This document shows positions 38,447-48,582 of a DNA stretch of 64,000 bases, in pieces. The notes below the pieces were generated by a model. It saw only the letters and a list, made by a program, of their open reading frames with translations. It ran no database searches and was not told the DNA's origin. The stretch's first letter is position 1, and each line of letters starts with the position of its first letter. Both the position numbers and the translations under genes were made by a program. The stretch spans positions 640,001 through 704,000 of the forward strand of contig CAWHAE010000010.1 in NCBI GenBank assembly GCA_963827235.1. Direction: 5' to 3'. The stretch is from an uncultured bacterium. Lineage in GTDB: Bacteria > Chloroflexota > UBA5177 > JANWHV01.

Positions 38447-39625
38447 GTGGCTGCAATGGGTGTGCGGACCAGCGTAATCGGCAGAAGCGTGGCGGTACTT
38501 GCACTCGTCTCGAGCTTGACGCTTTCAACAGGCTACCTCTCTCGAGCACACGCGGACTCCACGACGCCGATCTACCTCGTCACAGGAAGCGACGTGAACG
38601 TCGAGACGTTATGGCGCGACACGCTGATTCCCGACTTCACCAAGGCGTTCCCCCAGTACAGCGTCACGTACACGAACATCCTGCACGGCACCAACATGCA
38701 GGGTCTCGTGGTCAACAATCTCGTCGCCGCCAAGCAGGCCGGGCAGAAGACGGTTGACTACGATATCTTCGAGGACGCTCCCAACAACTACCAGTTCCCC
38801 ACCGGCTCGACGTTCAAAGACTACTTCCTGCCGCTGAACGCGGGCAACGTTCCCAACGTCGCAAAGATCGATCCCTCCGTGGAGCTCTCGGCTCAAGGCT
38901 ATGGCGTGGCCTATCGGGCCTCGGCCGTGGTTCTCGCCTACAACAGCCAGAAAGTGACCAATCCGCCGAAGTCCTTCGCCGACCTGATCGCCTGGATCAA
39001 GGCGAACCCGGGCAAGTTCACGTACTGCAATCCCAATGACGGCGGATCGGGCGGCAACTTCGTCATCGCGGCGATCCGGTCGCAGATGGATCCGGCACAG
39101 TACGTCCAGATGGCCAAAGTGCCCTACAACGCCTCGTTCGAGAAGGATTGGCCCAAGGCCTGGGCGCTGCTCAAGTCGATCCAGCCCGATCTCTTCGAGC
39201 ACGGCTTCTACCCCAACGGGAACCTCCCGATTCTCAACCTGCTGGCCAAGGGCAGCCTCACGGTGGCGACCGCGTGGTCCGACCAGAGCCTGAGCGCGCT
39301 CGGCACGGGGCTGCTGCCCAAGTACATCAAGCTCACGCAGATCAATCCGCCGTTCCCGGGCGGCCCCACGTTCCTCTCGGTGCCGAAGATGGCTCAGAAT
39401 CCGGCGGGCGCCAGGGCGTTCATCAACTTCGTCCTGCAGCCTGCCGAGCAGGCGAAGATCGCGCTGGCCATCGACGGATTCCCCTCGATCGAGTTCAAGT
39501 ACATTCCGAGCAGCGTGGTGAAGGCCCTCGGCCCGATCGCCACGGGCTGGGACTCGTTCTGGCCGGGCGGACAATACGCGCGCGACGTGAACGCGCTCTG
39601 GCTCAAGAACGTTCCTTCCAGCTAG
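38447..39625 (+). CDS. ABC transporter substrate-binding protein (PotD/YnjB-like cluster)
   Basis: Signal peptide; WIKANPGKFTYCNPNDGGSGGNF and ARAFINFVLQP motifs. Confidence 0.9.
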   Translation: MAAMGVRTSVIGRSVAVLALVSSLTLSTGYLSRAHADSTTPIYLVTGSDVNVETLWRDTLIPDFTKAFPQYSVTYTNILHGTNMQGLVVNNLVAAKQAGQKTVDYDIFEDAPNNYQFPTGSTFKDYFLPLNAGNVPNVAKIDPSVELSAQGYGVAYRASAVVLAYNSQKVTNPPKSFADLIAWIKANPGKFTYCNPNDGGSGGNFVIAAIRSQMDPAQYVQMAKVPYNASFEKDWPKAWALLKSIQPDLFEHGFYPNGNLPILNLLAKGSLTVATAWSDQSLSALGTGLLPKYIKLTQINPPFPGGPTFLSVPKMAQNPAGARAFINFVLQPAEQAKIALAIDGFPSIEFKYIPSSVVKALGPIATGWDSFWPGGQYARDVNALWLKNVPSS

Positions 39626-39646
39626 CTCGGGTCGATAGGCGACGCG

Positions 39647-40588
39647 GTGGCGGCGTCCTTCGATCTCAATGCCGTAAGAGCGGTGGCGGCTCCCCGCCGC
39701 CACCGCTCACTCAGGCTGCGCGAGCATCTGATCGCGTATCTCATGATCGCGCCTCCCGTGCTGTTCCTGGCCGTGATCATCGTCTATCCCGCGCTCAAGG
39801 CGGTGTGGGACACGCTCGCGGTGCAGCACGTCGTGGTGCATAACGGCGTGCAATCCGTCCAGCGCGCCTTCAGCTGGGAGGTCTACCGCCAGATCTGGAA
39901 CGACAAGCTGGCGCGCGACTCCATCTTCTACAGCCTGCGCGTGACCGTCACGTCGGTCGTGCTGCTGTTTCTGATCTGCTATCCGGTGGCGGCATATCTG
40001 CGCTTCAGACACGGCCCGGCCACCGCGGTGCTTCGATCGCTGTGCCTGATACCGCTCTTCATTCCCACGATTATCGCGGCATACGCGTTCATCTCCTTCT
40101 ACCAGCAGGGCAACTTCCTCGACGTGCTGCTGCAGGACACCCACGTCGAGCAAACGGTGTTCGGCGGCAACTATCCGCAGGTGATCGGCAGCACGAACGG
40201 CGTGGTATTGGGCCAGGTGTGGAAGAGCATCCCGATCACCGTGCTGCTGCTGGGTGCCGGCCTGGGCGAAGTCGACAACGCGCTGATCGAAAGTGCGCGC
40301 GACGTCGGCGCCGGATGGCTGCGCATATTCTTCAGCGTTCTCTTCCCCCTGACGCTGAGGCAGGCGCTGATCGCCTTTGCCCTGTCGTTCATCGGCATAC
40401 TGGGCAGCTTCACCGTTCCCTATCTGCTCGGCCCGACCGTGCCGCTCATGCTCGGCCCGATGATGGACCTCGACGTCAACCAGATGCAGGTGCTGGTCGC
40501 CCAGGGGCTGGCCGTGATCACGTTCCTCTTCGCGCTCGTGGTGGGGGCGCTCTATGCCGTCGCCGTGGCCGGACAGCGCTGGCGGTAG
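39647..40588 (+). CDS. ABC transporter permease
   Basis: EAA-loop LIESARDVGAGWLRIFFSVLFPL. Confidence 0.92.
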   Translation: MAASFDLNAVRAVAAPRRHRSLRLREHLIAYLMIAPPVLFLAVIIVYPALKAVWDTLAVQHVVVHNGVQSVQRAFSWEVYRQIWNDKLARDSIFYSLRVTVTSVVLLFLICYPVAAYLRFRHGPATAVLRSLCLIPLFIPTIIAAYAFISFYQQGNFLDVLLQDTHVEQTVFGGNYPQVIGSTNGVVLGQVWKSIPITVLLLGAGLGEVDNALIESARDVGAGWLRIFFSVLFPLTLRQALIAFALSFIGILGSFTVPYLLGPTVPLMLGPMMDLDVNQMQVLVAQGLAVITFLFALVVGALYAVAVAGQRWR

Positions 40589-40594
40589 CGCACC

Positions 40595-41482
40595 ATGATT
40601 GCCGACTCGCTTCACGACTCAGCCCCCGGTGCCTTGAAGCACACCGGCGGCTTGCGGTCCGCCGGCAATGCTCGCCTTTCGCGCCTGTTTTCGGGCACGG
40701 CCACCTGGATACTGCTGGTGCTCCTGGCAGTCTTCATACTGGGGCCGCTGTTCGTGATGGCGCTCTGGGCGTTCGAAAGCCAGTGGACGGGAACCGACCT
40801 GTTCCCGACAAGCTGGACGCTTCACTGGTGGTCGGACGTCTGGAACCTGACCGGCATTGTGGATGCCGTCAAGCTCAGTCTCGAGACGGCGACGGTGGTG
40901 ATGATCTGTACGACCGTGCTCTGCCTTCCTGCCTCGTACGCGTTTGCGCGCTTCCGGTTCTTCGGCCGCCAGGCCGTGCTGCTGGCCTTCCTGGCATCCA
41001 ATGCCTTTCCCAAGTTCGGACTGTACATCAGCATCCTGACCCTGCTCTACCAGATCAACTTCATGCAGACGTTTCAGGGCATCGTCACGATCCAGATGGT
41101 GGAAACGCTGCTGTTCATGATCTGGATCCCGACCACTGCCTTCCAGAACATCGACCGCAGCCTGGAGGAGGCGGCGAGAGACGCCGGGTGCTCTCAGGCC
41201 GGCGCGTTCGTGCGCATCACCTTGCCGCTCGCCGCCCCCGCCATCGCGGTGGCCATGCTGCTGTCGTTCGTGGCGGCGCTCGACGAATCGCAGGGCACGC
41301 TGCTGGTCGGGCTGCCGCATTACAAGACCATGCCGCTGATCATGTACGATGCAGTGAACAGCTACTCGCAACCCGAGGGCGCCGTCTTCGCCCTGATGCT
41401 CTCGATTCCATCCCTGCTGCTGCTCGTGGCGGCCCAATTCCTGGCGCGGGGTAGAGGTATTCGTATCCTGGGAGCGTCCTGA
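40595..41482 (+). CDS. ABC transporter permease
   Basis: LEEAARDAGCSQAGAFVRITLPLAAP. Confidence 0.92.
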   Translation: MIADSLHDSAPGALKHTGGLRSAGNARLSRLFSGTATWILLVLLAVFILGPLFVMALWAFESQWTGTDLFPTSWTLHWWSDVWNLTGIVDAVKLSLETATVVMICTTVLCLPASYAFARFRFFGRQAVLLAFLASNAFPKFGLYISILTLLYQINFMQTFQGIVTIQMVETLLFMIWIPTTAFQNIDRSLEEAARDAGCSQAGAFVRITLPLAAPAIAVAMLLSFVAALDESQGTLLVGLPHYKTMPLIMYDAVNSYSQPEGAVFALMLSIPSLLLLVAAQFLARGRGIRILGAS

Positions 41483-41483
41483 G

Positions 41484-42554
41484 ATGGCTGAGCTGGCGAT
41501 CAGGAACGTCGTCAAGTACTACGGCAGCGTGGAGGCCGTGGGAGGTATCTCTCTGACCGTGAGGAGCGGGGAGCTGCTGTGCATTCTGGGACCGTCGGGC
41601 TGCGGCAAGTCGACGACGCTGCGCATGATCGGCGGCTTCGAAGAAGCGGATGGCGGGGACATCACGATCGACGGCCGCTCGATCCTGCGGCTTCCTCCGA
41701 ACAAGCGTCCGACGGCCATGGTGTTCCAGAAGTACACGCTGTGGCCGCACATGCGCGTGTGGGACAACGTGGCATTCGGCCTCAAGCTGCGACGCCAGCC
41801 GGCCGCGGAGATCGCGAGCAAGGTCGGCGAGGCCCTGGAGATGGTCGGCCTGCCCGAGACGGCGAAGCGCTATCCGAGCCAGCTCTCGGGCGGCGAGCAG
41901 CAGCGCATCGCCCTCGCCAGGGCGCTGGTGCTGGAGCCCAAGGTGCTGTTGCTCGACGAGCCGCTCTCCAATCTGGATGCTCGTCTGCGCGTGCGTATGC
42001 GCGAGGAGATCAAGCGCATCCAGCGCCGCACGGCAATCACGTCCGTGTTCGTCACACACGACCAGGAAGAAGCGCTCTCGATGGCCGACCGAATCGCCGT
42101 GATGAGCCGGGGACACCTGGAGCAGGTCGACACCCCATCGAGCGTGTACGCGCGGCCGCAATCGCTGTTCGTGGCCGACTTCATCGGCACCATGACCACG
42201 CTCGACGGCATCTACCGCCGCGACGCACGGGCGATCGAGGTGGCATCCGCTCGCATGCCGGCGCCCGACGCGCCGTGGCCCGATGGGCAGCAGCTGCGCG
42301 TGGCCTTCCGGCCCGAGGACCTGCGACCGTCCGCCGTGCCCAACGGCGCCGCCCTGAAGGGCCATGTCGACGTGGTCATGGACCTCGGTCACTATCGCCA
42401 GGTCGAGGTGCGGCTCGAGGCCGGGCCCATGGTGAAGGTGTTCGTGCCCAAGGAGCACGTGCTGACCAGCGGCGAAGAGGTCCACCTGGCGCCCAGCCGC
42501 TACCTGGCCTTCACCGAACGCGGGGAGCCGATCGAGCAGGTCCTCCCGCACTGA
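41484..42554 (+). CDS. ABC transporter ATP-binding protein (PotA-like, C-terminal TOBE)
   Basis: GPSGCGKST, LSGGEQQR, LLLDEP and VTHDQEEA motifs. Confidence 0.96.
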   Translation: MAELAIRNVVKYYGSVEAVGGISLTVRSGELLCILGPSGCGKSTTLRMIGGFEEADGGDITIDGRSILRLPPNKRPTAMVFQKYTLWPHMRVWDNVAFGLKLRRQPAAEIASKVGEALEMVGLPETAKRYPSQLSGGEQQRIALARALVLEPKVLLLDEPLSNLDARLRVRMREEIKRIQRRTAITSVFVTHDQEEALSMADRIAVMSRGHLEQVDTPSSVYARPQSLFVADFIGTMTTLDGIYRRDARAIEVASARMPAPDAPWPDGQQLRVAFRPEDLRPSAVPNGAALKGHVDVVMDLGHYRQVEVRLEAGPMVKVFVPKEHVLTSGEEVHLAPSRYLAFTERGEPIEQVLPH

Positions 42555-42556
42555 GC

Positions 42557-43549
42557 CTACAGCGATCGGCCCGCGGCCGCGAGATCGCGCGGTGTATTCG
42601 TGGTCACACAGTCCGCTCCGGCGGCAGCGGCGCGCGCCAGTCGCTCCCGCCAGCGCGCCGTGCCGGCGTCCAGCGTCCAGAGGTCCAGCGACATGCCCAG
42701 GCGATGAACGAGGTCGGCCACCCCGGTGACGCCGTCGTCCAGCATGCGCTCGAAGGCTTGCAGCCGCAGGTGCACGTCGCGCGCTCCGGGCGCCAGGCGC
42801 AGGATGCCGCTCAGCCTATCCGCCAGGTACTCGGCCGTCGTGGTCAGCCGGCGCGAGGCGAGGGGGTGCCTGTCGAGGTAGCCGTAGGCGCCGCGAGGCA
42901 GGAACGCCGCGTGCTCTGCCGTGAGCTCGCTCTCCGGCAGCCAATCCAGGTAGAGCGCGGGATCGATGCTCATGAACAGGCCGGGATCGACGGCCAGCAG
43001 GCGTCGCAGGTTCCAGTCGGGACCGTTGAAGACGATCCGCTCCTTCGCCGGCTGGCACAGGCGCGCCAGCTCCTCGACGCGGGGCCAGGGCAACGGATCG
43101 AGGTCCTGCATGTCCAGCTCGACGACGGTGGGACCGGGGATGGAGGCGATCATCGCCACGACCTCGGCGAACAGCGGGGGCCGGTGTGCGGTTGCCTCAC
43201 CCTTCCACGCGAGGCGCAGGTCGCCGGCCTCGCTCCGCGTCAGGTCGCGGCACCGGCGGCCGCCGGCGACCATCCCGTAACCCTCCTCGAGGTCGTGTGC
43301 CACGAGGAAGTCGGCGTCTTGCAGCATCCAGAGATCGATCTCGGCGCGCGCCACCGGGGCACGCAGGCACTCCTCGATAGCCGGCAGCGAGTTCTCGGGG
43401 TACTCACCGCTCCAGTTACAGCGGTGCGCCTTGAGCTGCACCTCGCGGCCGGACGCCGTGCGAAAGTACGAGTCGGGGTGCAGGCTCGCCGTACCGTCTG
43501 GGGCATCGGATCGGTCGATCGGCATGGCATCAGGCTCCCGAGGCGACAA
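42557..43549 (-). CDS. Glycerophosphodiester phosphodiesterase-like protein
   Basis: AHRC...PENSL...EIDL...VAHD and GADCVTTNTP motifs. Confidence 0.8.
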   Translation of the reverse strand: MSPREPDAMPIDRSDAPDGTASLHPDSYFRTASGREVQLKAHRCNWSGEYPENSLPAIEECLRAPVARAEIDLWMLQDADFLVAHDLEEGYGMVAGGRRCRDLTRSEAGDLRLAWKGEATAHRPPLFAEVVAMIASIPGPTVVELDMQDLDPLPWPRVEELARLCQPAKERIVFNGPDWNLRRLLAVDPGLFMSIDPALYLDWLPESELTAEHAAFLPRGAYGYLDRHPLASRRLTTTAEYLADRLSGILRLAPGARDVHLRLQAFERMLDDGVTGVADLVHRLGMSLDLWTLDAGTARWRERLARAAAAGADCVTTNTPRDLAAAGRSL

Positions 43550-44459
43550 GAGCGCGCATGGCCATGACGACGTCGTGGTCGGCGTCCTCGTAGTGGTGGT
43601 AGTCGTGCTCGCTGATCAGCAGTCCATGGAAGCCGCGGGAGGTGACGGCCGCGAACACGTCGCGGAAAGGCAAGGTGCCGAGGCCGATCGGCAGGTGCAG
43701 ATCGCCGATGCCGAGGATGGCCACGTTCGTATGAGGAATGGCCTGGTAGAGGTTGAAGTCTCCCAGCCGGGCATGGTTGAAGCGCCCGAAATTGTCGGTG
43801 ATATGCAGGTGGGCAACGTACGGCGCGCAGGCGCGCGCCGCCTCGACGTGGTCGTAGCCGAAGAGATCGCCGGCCAGGTAGTTGTGTCCGAAGTCGTAGG
43901 TCATGCGCACCGATGGGTGGCTCAGACGATCGACGAACTCCACCACGAACTCGCTGCGCTCGACCTCGATATTCTCGATGCCCAGCACCAGGCCGTGTTG
44001 TCCGGCGAGATCCGCGGCCGTTGCAATGGCCGCCCGATAGCCTTCTTCGACCTCGCGATCGGGACTGCGTGCTTCGAAGTGGACTACCAGCACGCCGGCG
44101 CCGATCGCCGTCGCGAACCGCACGCTGGAGAGCAGAATATCGCGGTGCAGCTCCGGCTGCTGCCGGTCGCGCAGGTCGAGCACCGCCGGCGCGTGCACGC
44201 TGTAGCGGAGCGCGCTGGCGTGCGATGCGCATGCCGCGGCCACGACGTCGACGCGACGTTCGACCAGCTTGCCGCCGAGGATGCAGCCTATCCAATCCAG
44301 AGAAAGCTCGGCAGCGTCGTAACCGCCGGCAATCAGGCGTTCAAGGTGGGTTGCCACCTGCTGCGGTTGGCCGGCAAATGCACGGCCGCAACGGATGCTG
44401 CCGTTTGTACCCTGCCCGTGCGTAGACGCCTGAGAATGATCCGCCTGCATCGATACCAC
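43530..44459 (-). CDS. Sugar phosphate isomerase/epimerase (AP-endonuclease 2 TIM barrel)
   Basis: LGIEN, YDFGH, HLHITDN and GDLHLPIGLGTLPF motifs. Confidence 0.88.
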   Translation of the reverse strand: MVSMQADHSQASTHGQGTNGSIRCGRAFAGQPQQVATHLERLIAGGYDAAELSLDWIGCILGGKLVERRVDVVAAACASHASALRYSVHAPAVLDLRDRQQPELHRDILLSSVRFATAIGAGVLVVHFEARSPDREVEEGYRAAIATAADLAGQHGLVLGIENIEVERSEFVVEFVDRLSHPSVRMTYDFGHNYLAGDLFGYDHVEAARACAPYVAHLHITDNFGRFNHARLGDFNLYQAIPHTNVAILGIGDLHLPIGLGTLPFRDVFAAVTSRGFHGLLISEHDYHHYEDADHDVVMAMRALVASGA

Positions 44460-44795
44460 CTCCTCATCACTACCTGACTATCACCATACCACCGGCGGGC
44501 CGAGCAGGCAGGCCGGCGCTCCTCGAGGGGCGGAACTGAGAGCTCCGAGCCGGCGCTTCGGCAGGCCGATCCCGGGACCGCGGTCGTCTCGACCGCCTCC
44601 GGACATGCCCGGCACGGCTTCCATCGTCGCGAGACGACGAGCGGCCGCGCCACGATGTCCAGGTGCGCCCCGGTTCGACGATCGCCCGCGGCGGAGATAT
44701 ACTGCTACTACACTTGTGTTCACCCTTGGTGTGTGTCGATCGGGGAGAGAACTGGTATGCCTGGCCAACCGGTGGTGGTATCTGGGAGAACGGCT

Positions 44796-45032
44796 ATGGC
44801 GAAACTGATCTTCAGGTGGGGCGCGACGCGTGAGCATTGGTGGCACGTCGACCGGCCGTTTGACGATCCCGGCGGCAACGTCCTGGTCTGTGATTACTGC
44901 GGCCTGCGCACGACGTTAGCCTGCCCCCCGAGCACCCCATGTCCGAGGCGCGAAGGCAAGCAAGGCGACCGCTGGCTGCTCGCCGATGGATCCATTACGG
45001 CCGAGGTGCCCAACACCCGCGCGCGGTTCTAG
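44796..45032 (+). CDS. Small His/Cys-containing hypothetical protein, possible zinc binder
   Basis: HWWH...CDYCG...CPPSTPCP; GGGAG RBS. Confidence 0.6.
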   Translation: MAKLIFRWGATREHWWHVDRPFDDPGGNVLVCDYCGLRTTLACPPSTPCPRREGKQGDRWLLADGSITAEVPNTRARF

Positions 45033-45501
45033 CGGGCTGCCGCGCGCGTCGCTGCCCAGCCGGCGTTGAACCACACCCCCATGGGGCGGGCCGCCAGCGC
45101 CGAACGTCCCACCGGCTCCAGCCTGCCGGTGGATGGCGTGCTGGCCCTCGGCCTGGTGATACGCCCCGCCAAGCCGCTGGCAGGGGAACGGCTCGCGGGG
45201 ACATGAGCTACCCCTCCTCTCGGCGGCTGCTTCGCCCGGTAGACCGATACCGCCCGGCGGCCGGGCGATCGACACGACCGGCGCGACAGCGGGGCGCGCA
45301 AGGGCGAGCGATGCAGCGCGATGAGAGTGTTTGCGAGCGATCGTGCTGTGACTGGGAGTGCGGGCCGTCGTACGTTGGTCTCGCGGATCGACACACGGCA
45401 CATGCGTGACGACCAGGCTGGCGAACCGGGACCCGGGCTGTTGTGCTTCCGCTCACCGCGTGGTGGTGGCAGACCGCAGAGGAAACGGGGGGGTCACGAC
45501 G

Positions 45502-47310
45502 ATGGTCTTCCTGCTCGTGCTCGTGCTCGTGCTCGTGGCAGTGGTGCTGGTGTTCGTGGTACGTCGCCGCTACCGCATCCATATCAGGATCGGCGGATGG
45601 CTGCCACAGCGGATCTTCACGTACACGCTGGCTTTCGCGGCGCTGATCGCGGTGCTGTTCGCGGTGGCGATTCTCCTGACCATCGCCATTGGCACCGTCA
45701 CCCGCCAGCTTGGCGCGGTGAGCGCATCCGACCTCAGGAGCCGGGCCAGCCTGGCGGTAGCCGCTCTGATCGTCGGCTTGCCGATCTGGCTTGCGCTCTG
45801 GAGCGCGATCCGCCGGCGCCTCGCGACGTCGCCGGAGGCGCGGGATGCGCTGGAGCGCCGCGTCTTTCTGAGCGCGGTCTTCGCATCCACGGCGATTATC
45901 GCGCTCTTCTCGCTTCAAACGGCGTTGCAGGCGCTGCTGACGCTGCCCGGTCCCTCGAGCGACCATCTGCCGGCTGTCGACAGCTTCGATGCCGTTGCAC
46001 GCGCCTTGGTGTTCAGCACGGCCTGGCTGATCTTCGCCCGGCTCGGCTGGCGCGAGCGCAGTCCTCGCGCTCGCGACCCCATACACGACCTCGCCGTCTA
46101 CGCGATCGCGGTGTGTGCTCTCGGAGTTCTCTGGGTGGGGCTGATGGGCGCCGTCCAGCAGATCGCGATCGCCCTGGTTGGGCAAGAGCCGACCGATCAG
46201 CCGGCCCAGGCAGCCTGGACGATCTGGGGCCAGATCGGCAGCGAGCTGGTTGCCGGGGGCGGCGTCTGGGCGGCGTACCTGATCTACGACCTGGCCCGCG
46301 GCGGCCGGCGCCTGCTGCGCGTGCTGTATATCTACGGGGTTCTCGCCTACTCCGGGTTTGTGACGTTGCTGACCGGCGTGAGCGGGATATGCGAAACCTT
46401 GCGACGGGTATTCGGCTACCACCCGCCCGAGGGCGATTGGGTGTTCCTCTCCGACCCCAATCAGGTCACGCCGTGGGTCGTGTCCGGCGGACTGGTGTGG
46501 GCCGTCCACTGGCTGATCCTGCGCCACCAGGCACGACTCGTCGATGCCGCGCCGGCCGCCGGTGCCGTTCCGTGGCCACGGCGCCCGGCGCTGGCCACGA
46601 TGGCGTTCGTCGGGCTATGCACGTGGGTCTCCGGCGCGCTCTTCGCGGTCTGGATCGGCTTCGACGCCGTGTTCGGCAGCGCGGCCACGGAGGGCGGCCA
46701 GTATTGGTGGCGCGACACCCTGAGCACCGCCCTCGCACTGATACCGGTTGGACTAGCCGTCTGGCTGCCCAGCTGGTTATCGCTGCAGCGCGCGGCCAGT
46801 GTCGCGCCCAACCAGGAACGAACATCGTGGGAGCGGCGCCTGCTCGTGGGCGGCCTGGTAATTCTGACCGGGCTCAGCGCTCTCGGCTTCCTCATCGCCT
46901 GGCTGTGGCAGGCGCTGCGCATCGTGCTCGGCGATACGCTCGACGCCACCGTGCGTGCGAGCCTGGCTCAATTCCTTTGCCTGGCGCTGGCCACGGCGGC
47001 GGTAGCCGCCGTACACTGGCCGGTACTGCGCGACGACATGCGGGTGAAGCAGAGCCGCAAGCCGCGAACGCGCGTGATCGCCTTCATCACGGAGGGGTCG
47101 GGCGACCTGCTGGCAGAGCTACGCGCCGATCCCGGCCTCCATATCCAGGTTGCCGGGCGCATCGTCTGCGAGGAGCACATCACCGGCGCGGCGGACCTGC
47201 TGCAACGGCTCGCCGCGTCCGAGGACCGGGACCATCCCAGCGGCGCCCTGCTGATACTGGGTGCGCACGGCGGCAGCCTCTATCCATTTCTCAAGGGCGG
47301 CGCAGGATGA
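45502..47310 (+). CDS. DUF5671-like multi-repeat membrane protein
   Basis: Repeated ALIVGLPIWLALW, GGGVWAAY and LALIPVGLAVWLPSW TM units. Confidence 0.75.
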   Translation: MVFLLVLVLVLVAVVLVFVVRRRYRIHIRIGGWLPQRIFTYTLAFAALIAVLFAVAILLTIAIGTVTRQLGAVSASDLRSRASLAVAALIVGLPIWLALWSAIRRRLATSPEARDALERRVFLSAVFASTAIIALFSLQTALQALLTLPGPSSDHLPAVDSFDAVARALVFSTAWLIFARLGWRERSPRARDPIHDLAVYAIAVCALGVLWVGLMGAVQQIAIALVGQEPTDQPAQAAWTIWGQIGSELVAGGGVWAAYLIYDLARGGRRLLRVLYIYGVLAYSGFVTLLTGVSGICETLRRVFGYHPPEGDWVFLSDPNQVTPWVVSGGLVWAVHWLILRHQARLVDAAPAAGAVPWPRRPALATMAFVGLCTWVSGALFAVWIGFDAVFGSAATEGGQYWWRDTLSTALALIPVGLAVWLPSWLSLQRAASVAPNQERTSWERRLLVGGLVILTGLSALGFLIAWLWQALRIVLGDTLDATVRASLAQFLCLALATAAVAAVHWPVLRDDMRVKQSRKPRTRVIAFITEGSGDLLAELRADPGLHIQVAGRIVCEEHITGAADLLQRLAASEDRDHPSGALLILGAHGGSLYPFLKGGAG

Positions 47311-47766
47311 GGTGGAGCTGACCGGCGCCGGCGTGCGCTTCGCCCTTGCCGCCCCCTATCGCCGCACGGATGCGCCGGAGACACCGCCGGAGTAGTGCCG
47401 GTGCCACGACGCACGGTATGAGCGCATACAGCAGCCACGTCGCGCGGACGCCCGCGTCGAGCAATCCCGCCGCGCTCCGCAGCGTGCATATTGTTGACAG
47501 GATACTGGATCAGAGCCAAGGTGAAAGCCCATCCACATAACATCCCGGTCTGGACGCGATCAAGAAATATGCAGAGCGAATTGCCCGCGGGCCTCTGGTA
47601 GCGGCCTTCGGCATGGCACTCGAAAACGCGCCGGAAATGCGCGCAGTCGGCTGCTCGCCGGCCCGTGGTTACCGCTGATGCAGAGCCGCGCACCGACCGC
47701 ACGCGGCGGCGCGGCCTCGGCAAGACCCGCGGAGGCTAGCGGCCACGACGCTCCGGTCGGCGGACA

Positions 47767-48351
47767 CTATTCGGGCGCCGTCTCCGGCACGTCCGTGTGC
47801 CGGTAGAGGGCCGCGGTGGGAAAGCGGACGCCGATACTGGTCAGCGCCACGTCGTCTCGCGGCCCGTAGAACTCGAAGAGCCCCCAGCCCTGCTCCGTGC
47901 GCCGGTACACCTCGACGCGCTGATACTCGGTACCCACCAGGACGTACTCCTCAAGGCTGGGGCATTGCCGGTAGTCGTCCCACTTGCGGCCGCGATCGTT
48001 GCGCTCCGTGCTATCGGACAGCACTTCGAGCACGACGCGTGGCGCGTCGATCTCGCTTTGTCCCCGCCTGGCCACGCCGTCCTCGGCGCAGGTCACGACC
48101 ACGTCAGCATAGCTATACCGGCTTGCCGACACACGGGTTGCCAGATCGGAGTTGTAGACCAGGCAGGGCCCGTCGCCGACCGCGGCGTGCAGCGCGGCCA
48201 AAGCGTTCACCGTTATGGCCGAGTGCGCCTGCGAGCCGCCGGCCATGGCATAGATATAGCCATCCCTGTACTCGTGCTTCGTCTCGCCGGTCCGCTCAAG
48301 GTCCCGCCATTCATCGACGGTCATCCGCGCATCCTGTCTCGCCGCAACCAT
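47767..48351 (-). CDS. Uma2/DUF820-family putative restriction endonuclease
   Basis: KHEYRDGYIYAMAGGSQAH, EVLSDSTERNDRGRK and PSLEEYVLV motifs; GGAGG RBS. Confidence 0.93.
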   Translation of the reverse strand: MVAARQDARMTVDEWRDLERTGETKHEYRDGYIYAMAGGSQAHSAITVNALAALHAAVGDGPCLVYNSDLATRVSASRYSYADVVVTCAEDGVARRGQSEIDAPRVVLEVLSDSTERNDRGRKWDDYRQCPSLEEYVLVGTEYQRVEVYRRTEQGWGLFEFYGPRDDVALTSIGVRFPTAALYRHTDVPETAPE

Positions 48352-48582
48352 CGTTAGCCCTCCTCGCCCCTCATTGTATCTCCGACGATCGCACCGGTCG
48401 GCACGCCTGCCGCGGCCGTACTCGTGCCAAAGCTGGAGCCGCTGCGATCTGGCGGCTCGCTCGTCCCCACTTTTCCGAATAGCCGCGTGCAACTATGATC
48501 GAGCTGATCAGCCACTATGCCGGGGAAGACTGCATCCAGTCGCCGGCAAGGCAAGATCCGTACGGGATGGAGCTCGTGAGGA

